NCBI GenBank assembly: GCA_964247055.1
Contig: OZ176057.1
Location: 5,084,001 to 5,148,000 of the forward strand
Source of the DNA: Paragordius varius
Taxonomy: Eukaryota > Animalia > Nematomorpha
Length of the DNA: 64,000 nucleotides
Direction of reading: 5' to 3'
In this document: piece by piece, positions 28,801-39,232 of the stretch
How positions within the stretch are numbered: position 1 is the stretch's first letter
How the letters are laid out: each line of letters starts with the position of its first letter
Notes under the pieces: model-generated
Told to the model about the DNA's origin: nothing
Database searches by the model: none
What the model saw: only the letters and a program-made list of their open reading frames with translations
Translations under genes and position numbers: made by a program

Positions 28801-31800
28801 AAAAAACCGACTTTTTTTCTTTTAAAAGCATAAAATATAAAATATAACTAACTCTCATCGCTATCCGGCGCTGTAATTTGATTTTAAAATTCAAAATTTT
28901 TAATACTTTTCATAGAACCATCCCCCAAAATATTTAGTAAAATTATTAAGAATATTTGTATTAAAACAAATCCTAACACTATTAAACTATATCCAAAAAT
29001 AAAACAGACTTTTTTTCTTTTCAAAACATAAAATATAAAAAATAAAAAATTAACTTTCATCACTATCCGGTGCTGTATTTAAATTTTGAAAGCTGAAAAT
29101 ATCGTTTGAAGTTTTAAATTATAATACTTTTTAGAAACCAATTTTAATAAAATTTTAAAACCATTGAGAAAACCTTTATATTATATCTATAGTCATTTGT
29201 ATTACATCAAAAGCCTAAACAATAATTAACAATATATAAATAAAAACCCTTTTTCAAAGCATAAAATCTAACATACAACTAACTTTCATCACTATCCGGC
29301 GCTGTATTTTGATTTTGATTAGCTTGAGGTAAATTTGCATTATTGAGGGCATCTCCAGCAAAATTATTATTGGTAACAGCTGTTGTTGTCCCCCCTATGT
29401 TTTTGGGTGAATTCTGTTGGGTATTTTGAGCGGATTGCGTTATAACCGCCGCGGTATTTAACGTTGATTCTTTCGTAAAATCATCTAAAAGCAAATCAAA
29501 GCAAATCAAACCAAATCAAAAATTAACTTAAAACTTTGCTTAATTAGCTTTTAAATCTAGAATTAGTAGCAGACCAGATCAAAGAAAAAAATTGGAAAAT
29601 AAAATTAAATCGCCATTATAAAACGAATTCATATCCAAATGATAACAATATTCATCAAACTTTAAAATGTGAATAATTAAAAATGTTCAAGGGTATAAAA
29701 AGGTATATATATATATATATATATATGTAATAAAATTAAAGTTTTTGGCATATTTTAAATTTTTTTACAATATTACCAAAAAAAACGTCTAAAAATGAGT
29801 CATAAAACACTAAAAAAAGTTAAATTAATTATGTTTTATATAGGAGCTAAATGTTAATATAATTCATATAATAAATTACTTTTTTTTAACCATATTTTTT
29901 ATTTTTTGAATTTTAAATATAAAAATAAATAAACTTGAAAAATTAATAATTTCAAAATGAAAAATTTTAAAAAAATAATTTGAAAAAGTACTTTGATTCT
30001 GACTCCCCCAAGAAAATACAGTACATTTGTTATCTAAACCCCTAAAAATAAAATAAGAATATAAAAAAATATACCATTTACACAAATTCAAATTCACCCT
30101 CAAATAATCATTTTGTTAAGATTAAAAATTACCTATATTTTCGTATATTTTTGAAAAATGAAATTTTGTTTTATATCAAAATAATATTGAAAAAATAATA
30201 AACTATGCCATAAAGATAAATATTTCATATCAATAATGAGTTATATTAGCTGCTCGTAAATTTTTAGGGTAAATTTGAACTGTTTTAAATTGTAAAATGA
30301 CAAATTTTTTAGAAAACAACCAACCATACTTTTTTTAATCTTGATTTTTTAAAATAAAACTCATTGATATAAACAACAAAGTTTAAAATTAGAGAAAAAA
30401 TCAATTACATATTTTACGATTGTTATTCAATAATTTTTATATAGGTTAAATTAAGGTTTATAAAAGTATGGGGTAGTCATTTACAAAAAAATTTAACGTT
30501 TTGTCCCCGTATAATTTCAATTTTTACTGTAAAAACAACTTTAAAACATATATACATAAAGATTCTCTTACCAATTTACATATCTAATTCATATTTTGCA
30601 ATTTAAAACAATGAGATTGTATATATTTTAAAAAAATCAAGTCTAATAAAAAAGAGCGGATATTTTCGGTAAATTCAACTTTAAAATGCAATTTATACAA
30701 CATTAAAATGCATATTAAAAAATCAATTATTAAAAATGCTAAAAAATTTAACAAAAAAACTAGAAAATTATTGGAAATTTTAAATTACATATAATACCCG
30801 CAAGCTATCATAGAACCACTGGGTGCATAAGCACAGGCCATAACCCAAGTCGTAGGCATATTAAAACTTTTTTCCTAAAAATCCAAAAAATTATAAAAAT
30901 ATTAAAATATAAATGAATATTAATTAAATTTATCTTAAAATTTATTTAGCAAGTAACATTTGAAATTTCTGGCTTCCAGTAATAACCTTAAACTCTTTGT
31001 TTTTTTGAAAAACTAAATTTCTATGCTTTAGAATATTCAAGAACTGTTTAATGTTTTAACTTTAGAAAAATACAAAATAAACCCCATAAAGTAATAAGTA
31101 AAGAGAAAAAATCGAATAAATATACAGAATGAAAAAAAATAATTTTAGAGAAAAATCAATTTTGATGGACTGTTTTTAATGGTTCAAATCACACAGATTT
31201 TAAATAATAATTAATTCAGACATAATAAAACTCAATTTAAATCAATCATATTGTCCCTGGTTTAGAAATAATTTTAGCCTTCTGCATACTTAACTAATCT
31301 TCATATTATTCAAATATCATTTTAACTTAAAACATTTATGAAAAATTAATTTTTATGAAAAAATAATGTTAAAATCCCTATAATACAGTACAGTTTTTAT
31401 ATAGGTGCTATATTGTGTTATTATAAAATTTTTGCCAATTAATATATAAATTCCATATATTATTTATAATTAGTTGTTTTAAATAAATGAAATAATGGTT
31501 AACCCTAAAATGAAAGATGAAAAGATTTTTTTAGGAACCATAATTTTATTGGTAAATTTTCAAATATGAAATTAGAAATATATGTTATATATATATAAAT
31601 CAAATATACCTTGAGTGTAGCAAACGCATCCCATACAATAATTTTTCCATCCTATTTTAAAAAATTAATAAAATTAAAAAAAAATTAAAATAATTTTAAG
31701 GACCAACTAACTTGTGAAGATGATACTAAATGTCGTTTATCGGTTGACCAATCGAGACACAGAACTTTGCTGGAATGACCTTTTAGAACTCGACGAGTTT

Positions 31801-32031
31801 TAATCGTAAGAGGTGGTAATAGCTCTACTTTGGATGTTGCTACGGAAACTAGGATAAAATATTGATAAATTAGTAATATCTTCAATATTATGAGGAAAAA
31901 TATTGTTTTATACTAGAAACATCATTCAATTTTTGTTTTTCTTCCTCTAATCTTTGCTTTAAAAGTTCGGCTTGCTGTTGTAATTCTTCAAGGGTAGCTT
32001 CCTTTTCATTTTTATCTAACGAAGAATTCAT
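12802..32031 (-). CDS. GNB5: Guanine nucleotide-binding protein subunit beta-5 (WD40), 12 exons, 419 aa
   Basis: Exons 31914-32031, 31712-31848, 31610-31651, 30798-30874, 29992-30041, 29284-29484, 25586-25656, 23136-23279, 19910-20053, 17780-17876, 15676-15842, 12802-12813. Total 1260 nt, open frame, all GT-AG. Contains G-beta-5 signatures [92 protein letters not shown] and terminal RVWA*. Confidence 0.96.
13700..15705 (-). repeat. Tandem array seeded by the GNB5 exon-11 donor junction (~9 extra units, ~200-260 bp)
   Basis: GTTGAATCCCAACTCGA core (last ~30 nt of exon 11 plus donor) at ~13712, 13869, 14138, 14340, 14598, 14806, 15013, 15257, 15453 and the true exon at 15686. Confidence 0.9.
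16701..16966. mobile_element. MITE family B, standard-length copy
   Basis: TA|CCATTTACAATTCAAAT ... GGGTGAATTTGAATTG..AAATGG|TA. Other copies at 2240-2580, 12363-12626, 15897-16337, 17398-17624, 19276-19555, 21849-22299, 25907-26170 and 30074-30295. Confidence 0.82.
19735..19905. repeat. Degenerate short tandem repeat abutting the exon-9 donor
   Basis: TTTCATGAAAGTTTATAAAAATTTTATAAAATTT..GAAATTTCGTAAAATTT repeated 2-3 times. Confidence 0.7.
20018..22420 (-). repeat. Array seeded by the GNB5 exon-9 acceptor junction (8 extra units)
   Basis: ATGGCTGTTTTGTCGCAACCCT (GCDKTAIV codons plus AG) at ~20034 (true exon), 20276, 20392, 20934, 21069, 21243, 21580, 21751 and 22385, interleaved with family-B arms and (TA)n. 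Confidence 0.92.
24699..24809. repeat. ~110-bp palindromic mini-element; second partial copy at 24398-24495
   Basis: TAGGGCAATTTGCAACAATACAGTAGTGTATGG ... CCATACATTACTGTGGGTTGCAAATTGTCCTA. Copy 1 has a perfect 16-bp stem (24398-24413 / 24460-24475). Confidence 0.75.
26505..29316 (-). repeat. Tandem array seeded by the GNB5 exon-6 donor junction (~12 extra units, ~200 bp)
   Basis: CACTATCCGGCGCTGTATTTTGATTTT at ~26515, 26873, 27177, 27397, 27601, 27809, 28014, 28198, 28389, 28645, 28860, 29060 and the true exon at 29290. Confidence 0.92.
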
Positions 32032-32755
32032 ATAGTTGGATTTTTATGTTTCATAAGGATGCAAAGGTAAATTTAAAAAATCAATAAAATGTAAACATGT
32101 TATAATGGATGAACGTTTTTCTTATGATTTTTATTTCATAAAAAGGCATTTTGCCTATATCGAAAAATATTCCTTTACCCTTTATTTAAATTAGTAGACT
32201 TTAATGGAATTCTAATATAATTCTTCGGTTAATATCCTTACCATACATTATTTTTAACCCTGGGATTAGGGTTTTCCAAAATAACCCATGTTTTTTATGG
32301 AAGCAGCAGGGATGTTTTCAATCAGCTTTCGAGAAGAATAAAAAAAATACAATATCTAAGTGAAGTGGCTTTTTATACAAATTTTATCAATAAGTTTTTC
32401 CAAATTTCGTCAGTAAAATCCCAAATTTTTTTGGATACATAGTAGTTTTTATAGTCTTATGGTGGAAATCAATTAAAATAATTGTTAATTCCCATATATT
32501 TTGGAAATGCGGCCGTCGAATTTTTCCATCAAGAAGCAGTCCTAGCCATTTATGTTGGACACCATTAATTTATGGTAAATATGCTAAGTTTAAACCCATA
32601 AATTTAGCGAGTATAAGTCTATTAAATAGGGCTAAAACATGATATGAAAATATGTGAGAATTCTTGTTTTTGATTCCTCCAATTAAAAATTAGTTCTTAT
32701 TTCTTACGATCAACACAATATTTTCGGTCCTTCGCTTCTGATTGGGGTACTAGTG

Positions 32756-33155
32756 CAGGGGCGCACCGAGAGGGGGGCAAGGGGGTGCATCATGCTTCGG
32801 GCGCCGTTATTTAGGGGCGCCAAAATGATTTTTTTAAAATTAAATTTTAATTATTCAAAAATAATAAGAACTTTCAAATGAGATTTTTCAGCAATTTAGG
32901 TAATAATCCCTATAATATATACTCTATTATTCACCTAATTAGTACCATTGAATAAATTTAGTATCATATAAATATATATATTTAATAGGTTTAAAATTTA
33001 TATGACTGTGCCTTATCTATGGTGTTTAGGTTACAACGTTTGTATTTTTTTTCTAAATTGTTTTATTGGCTTTAAACAAAAGGGAGGGGGGGGGGGGAGG
33101 GGGGCACCATAAAAGTTTTATGCCCCGGCCGCCGCAAATGCTCGGTACGCCACTG
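32756..33155. mobile_element. hAT-type MITE with perfect 8-bp target-site duplication
   Basis: TIRs CAGGGGCGCACCGAG ... CTCGGTACGCCACTG, flanked on both sides by TACTAGTG (32748-32755 and 33156-33163). Confidence 0.88.
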
Positions 33156-35439
33156 TACTAGTGACCCAAGTCAGTTTAAAAAACAATATGTAATTACTTG
33201 GTACTCACATAACGTTATTAATGCACCGTGTTTATAAAATATTTATTTCAACATTACTATTTTTTGGATAAAATAAATCTGAAAGTTGAAATTCAGCCAG
33301 CATAAGCATTATCTTAATAAAATAATAAATTCACTTTTTCCGTTAATATAATATTAGATGTAATTTTATTAAAAAATTAAGTTCAATAGTTTGTTTGTTG
33401 TTGCTAAGGTTAATTCCGAATGATTGCAACATTGTAAATGTAACTTCTCTATTCATGCGAAAACAAGATCTAGCGTTTAGTTCGGATAATTTTCGGTTGG
33501 TTTCTTTAAGGATGTTATTTCTTTAACGAGTTCTCCTTTTATCTCTTTTACGAGCATTATCCACTTTTTTTAACATCATTGACTTTTCACGTGAGTTTGA
33601 TCTCTAATGTGGCCAAAATAGGATAGTGTTTGAATAAAAAATCACCATATTTTCTGAAATTTTGTAAATATTCAAATTAGTTTGATATGCAACTTTTTTA
33701 AAAATTAATTTTTATTTTGGCTTATTTTTTGAATTTTTTCTCGGAAAAAAGTATAAATTGAAATTCTATCGGTGTCCAATGTCTATTAAATATGGCCTGG
33801 GGTTACTATTTACGCCAATTATAATAGAAGTTTTAAAGATTCGTTTTAAAAATTGCGCGCGTACACAGTGCTTACAAAATCTTGGGTCTAATAGGCAATT
33901 TAAAATCTATACCTATTAGTTTCACGTCCAATCACAAATTAGTGAAAACAAAGCTAGATAAAGAATTCGTGTGAATTCTTCTTTTTAATAGATATCCTGA
34001 TTATTAAACATTATTTAAAAGGCAAAAAATACTTAACAAATTAATTTTTAGATCCGGACTTCAACTCTCAAATTTTAAGCTTTTTCGCACCAAGAAATAG
34101 GGCTACAAAACTAAATTATCCATTTGAAAACGAAAGCTAACATTAAACTCTTAATTTTTTCTTTGAAAAAATTATGGCTCCTTACCCGATACCTCAAATA
34201 AAAACACTTTGGGGCTTAACTATATGTATTTTTAATGTTGATACGCTTTTATATGGATGCCTGTAAAATAAGATATGAAAAACGCACAACAAGCATTATT
34301 TTTAAAATCTGGTATCGCATTATTCTAAGGGGCACGAAAAATTTGGAGAATATAAATTAAAAAATCCAGAAATAAATTAAAGGATTCGTGCAAAGAAATG
34401 CTAATACAATGATCAAATTGATTGGGATTTTTATAATATTACTAGATGGCCTGTCTTCGCGAGGTAGTTTCACCGATAATTATTCTTAATAATTTGCAAC
34501 AAATAGAGGTAATGTAGATAAAAAAATAATAAAAAACTTATTTAATAAAAAGAATTTTAATTTTTCTGTTTGCATAGGCTCAATATTGTCTATTCGAAAT
34601 AGACCTTATTTAATCTGTCCCTTATTAAAGTTAACATTCAACTATAATTGGATTTATTTTTTGGTTTTATCAAATCATAGTTAATAGTTTTATTTTGAAA
34701 ACGTGTTCCATAGCTGCGATCAAGGGATATGAAAAGTAAATCATTTCTGGTCCATTTTTAGAGGAAAGAATGATATTAAACAAATTCCCCAAAAATTTAA
34801 GTCATAAGGGGTTCGATTTGTCTCAGCTAAAGCACACATTAACAATTTTTTGAAAATTAGCTCCAAAGCCACGCCATTTTTGTGTGGGATTCCTAACTTA
34901 ACACTTGGATACAAGACACTCATTTTAGTCCTTCGATTCAAATTGGGGTAACCCCAGGCCTAAAATCAAATAGTTTAAAAAGTATGGAAGAGATCGAAAC
35001 CATAGCAAAATTTTGCACTTATATAACATTAACCAAAATATATAAAAAAATTTATTAAAAAATACTTGATACTTATTTTAAGCTAAAACCGAAAGGTGAC
35101 AATTCCATCAACGTAACATGTGTGAAATGATAAAATTAAAAAATAAAACAAAATAAACCGCTTTTTCTATTTCTATCAATGTTAGATGTAATTTAAAAAA
35201 ATTAGCTTTAATTTTACCCTTAAAATTAAATGGAGACGATATTTTGCACAAATTTTGCAAAATAAAAATGGCGTCGAAGTAGCTTGACATAAAACTTTTT
35301 TTTCAAAACAAAATTTTATTTAGATATTTTGGCATATTTATATGATTTTTATTAGGTTAAAAGCATAAATTTAAATTGGGACCATTTCCTTCAGTAGTTT
35401 TTTAAAAATGTTAATTTAAATTTAGTCTAGCGTATTTAG

Positions 35440-35747
35440 ATACAATTTGAATCGAAGTGTTAAAAAAGCGTAGTCGAATAAGTAAAAAAAATCATGAAAT
35501 CAAATGGTCCAACACGTTTTCCGAAAATTGTTTCAAAGACACCATTTTTGTGGAGTTTCGTTTTAAAAAAAACCCGTTTTTACCAGGGGTGGGCCCTAAC
35601 TGGGGGCTAAATTCAAAAAAAAGGGCGAAGCTATTGTCTGGGCATTCATTAAAGATTATATTTTTTCTCCATTTGAATTTGAATGGGTCTGCCGGTTTCC
35701 GGTAAACAGATCACAAAGCAGCATTTTTTATTTTTATAAAATATAGA
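35440..35747 (-). mobile_element. 5' fragment of the same Helitron-like family
   Basis: On the minus strand it starts A|TCTATATTTTATAAAA..GCTTTGTGATCTGTTT and matches 9195-9420. Confidence 0.62.
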
Positions 35748-36412
35748 TTTAACATTTCGCAACGTAAATGATGAGTTATATTCAAAATCAAATATTTACA
35801 AGCATGGATGTCTTTTAGAAAATTTATGTTTATATTTTACGTTTTGTAATTATAATTTAAATTTTTAATGTACATTAAAGCCTCTTATAGCCAATTAGAA
35901 TACCGATGGATATATTTTTTGTTAAAATAATAATTTGAATTCTCGTAAAATTTATTAAATTTAACTATATAAAATTTTAGAAAGCAATGGATTAACTAAA
36001 GAAAGAAAATTATGATAAAATATAATTACAGCAGTTCATGGCCTTAAACATTATTTCTCCTTAATATAAAAAGTTTTTTTAAAAAAATACAAGCCTAGTT
36101 GAATAAACACATGTCCATATAAAAAATAACATTTTTTTATTCTTTTATGGACTAATATTGTTTTATGCCATACGCTACGGTAAAACAAAATTTGAAAAAT
36201 TCATTATAAATTATGAAAACAAAAAATGTAAGTGTGATGTCCATCTAATTTTTGTTTATTGTTTCTCTCGGTACTCTATCAAACAACTCAGATTATAATT
36301 AAAATAGAAAAAATAGTTAAAATTTTATTTAACCTCCAAAAACATATTAGTCATTTTTAGGTTAAAAATATTTGGTAATAAAAATATTTATTAAATACAC
36401 ACATGTATAGGT

Positions 36413-36428
36413 AGCCCTAAAAAGGGCT
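36413..36428 (-). promoter_or_regulatory. Histone 3' stem-loop (H2B)
   Basis: AGCCCT-TTTT-AGGGCT, a 6-bp stem with 4-nt loop, ~75 nt downstream of the H2B stop, in context ACCCAAC..ACCT. Confidence 0.85.
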
Positions 36429-36501
36429 GTTGGGTGTTGTTTTAGTTTTTATAATGACATAACAATTATCGCCAATACATTGTAAATACTGGCAAAAGAG
36501 T

Positions 36502-36850
<349 letters not shown>

Positions 36851-36884
36851 GATTTATGAATATGTTAGTCAGAAAATGTAAAAA

Positions 36885-37091
36885 TACATGGCTGCGGAAG
36901 TCCTTGAGTTGGCTGGAAATGCGGCACGTGACAACAAAAAGACTCGTATTATCCCAAGACATCTCCAATTAGCTATTCGAAACGATGAGGAGTTATATAA
37001 ATTACTTTCGGGCGTTACTATAGCTCAAGGTGGTGTTCTTTCCAACATTCAAGCTATTCTATTGCCCAAGAAATCTGAAACTAGTCAATAA
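36885..37091 (+). pseudogene. H2A: 5'-truncated histone H2A (C-terminal half)
   Basis: [61 protein letters not shown]. The N-terminal ~55 codons are absent, the fragment starts ~35 nt from the H2B ATG, and normally invariant N and P are changed to Y and S. Confidence 0.92.
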
Positions 37092-37162
37092 GTATATTAT
37101 AATCTATGGAGCAAACGTGAAATGTATTATCTTAAATAATATACATGTTAATAAAACCCAAA

Positions 37163-37178
37163 GGCCCTTTTTATGGCC
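37163..37178 (+). promoter_or_regulatory. Histone 3' stem-loop (H2A), one mismatch
   Basis: CCAAA-GGCCCT-TTTT-ATGGCC-ACC, ~70 nt after the H2A stop. Confidence 0.82.
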
Positions 37179-39232
37179 ACCTATATGCGAAATAAATTTT
37201 TTTATTATTATTTATACTAAAAAATATCTTGATAAAATACATATATCCTGATAATATGCAATAGGATATTGGTGCTTTTAATTTTCAATCTACGAGTGGT
37301 ATGAGAAACTTATTAACTTATTTCCTCCATATCCGAAAATCGCACAATTTGCGCAGATTCTGTTTAACATAAAATCTTTTTTGGTCAAATTAACATTTAT
37401 TATATATATACTGTATTTAAAGAGCAAAACATTATAAAAAAGGTTTTGAATGCGTAGTCCAACATCTATGAATTTTTAATCTCATCCTGGGCTAAAATTT
37501 TTAAATTAGCAAAGCCAAGATTTTTGGGAATTATTGATTGGTATTCTGGCATCAAAAAAAATTAAATGCATACTTTGTTATAATATTTTTTGGTAAAATT
37601 TTTATGGTATTTTACAATATAAAACGGTATTTAATAAAATTTTTATCCCCTGATGATTTCAATTAATAAAAGCACTATTTGTATATTCCTAAAAATTGAA
37701 AACAAACAAACCTTTATTTAAAGTTGTGAGGTGATATAGATATTAAGTAGTCCTATTATACATAAAAATTGTATTTAATATTTTAACTATTTATATACGT
37801 TTGCTCCGAAATAGCATGAATTAGTTGATCAAATTTTTTTTTAAAAATAAAATGGCTTAACAAAGCCATTTTTTTCAAATATACCATGGAATATATTAAC
37901 AACTATTATAAAATTTACGCAAAAATTCGTATTGATAAAAGATCACAAAGTGATATTTTCATACTCTTTCCAATAAAAAATTTAGAATTTGAAGCGTATT
38001 AAAAATTTATATAAATGATTTTGTATTTAAACAATTGGTTACGTTCAAATATTTCATACATCAATAAACGATCAATAAATTTAATGAAAGCGTACCTATC
38101 TATACCTTATACAATAAAAATTTAAATTATACAGACATAGTTTAAAATAAGGAAACTTTCTAAAGGACAACTATCACTCTGATTTAAAATAAGTATTTAA
38201 AAAGCCCAAACTATATATGAGTTATTATTTTTAAAAAACTGAAATTTTCTATCCTTCTAATAAGTCAAAATATCTAAATAAAATTTAGTTTAGAAAAACA
38301 AAGATCTATATCATATTACTTCGACGCCATTTTTGTTTTAAACATTTATCGTCATTTGATTCTAAAGATAAACTTTTATCACATCCTTACAGTGATATAA
38401 ACAAAAAGGTGATTTATGTTGGCTTTAACTAATGCATGTGACTAAATTTTTACCTTCTGGTTTATCCATTATGCATCAATAGTAAATAAGTCCAACTTTT
38501 GCAATAATTTCGATTTGTTCTTTAATTTTTAAAGATTTTGATTTTAAACAGGCCTAAGGTCCCCAAAGATACGAATTTTAATCAAAGCACTCCAAAATGA
38601 ATGTGTTGTATTCAAATGGAAAAACTTTATATTCCTATTAAATTAAACAATTTACAATTAAAATATAACATTGATTGCTATTGCCTAATTTTATAATATT
38701 GAATCAAGAGGCGAGCAAAGAACAGCAGTTTATTTAATTACATATTTGTCTTTATGTTTTTTGTCTGTAAATTTCAATTTTTACTGTAATTATAAAAAAA
38801 ACTTTAATACATTATCTCTTGCTCCCAATTTTGCAAGCTAATTCAAATACCAATCAATTACAATGGCGTATGGTAAAAAACAAATACGTTACAATTTAAG
38901 ATTTTCCATGCTAACAAATGTATGTATGATTTATTTATTATGGCCAAATTATCGTTTTACAGTATACTCTATTGTAAATGTATAAATATGATTGGCCAGT
39001 CAGAAATAATTATTATACCCTCTTTCAAAAATCAAAACTATAGATAATAGTAGTAATATAAAAATTACAGATAGCCATTTATTCTTATGCGTTGTTTTAA
39101 ACAAACAAACATTTTTCCAAGAAAATATATGTATAATAATACACTTTATTATGTTGAAATACATTTTATCAATAATATTAAAATTTTTCTCTCAATTTTA
39201 ATCAATTTTTAATCAATTTCGTATATCAAATA

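Noticed and set aside
13700-29316. CRISPR-like appearance (conserved cores with variable spacers)
   Set aside because: The locus is eukaryotic with no cas genes, the spacers are homologous to each other, and the cores derive from exon junctions.
32050-32745. Moderately GC-rich sequence upstream of the GNB5 ATG as an extra coding exon
   Set aside because: All frames I read contain stops and show no recognisable homology; it is probably UTR or promoter.
36888-37091. A functional short H2A variant starting at this ATG
   Set aside because: The ATG occupies the Leu position of EYLAAEV, half of the histone fold is missing, and the partner H2B is clearly dead.
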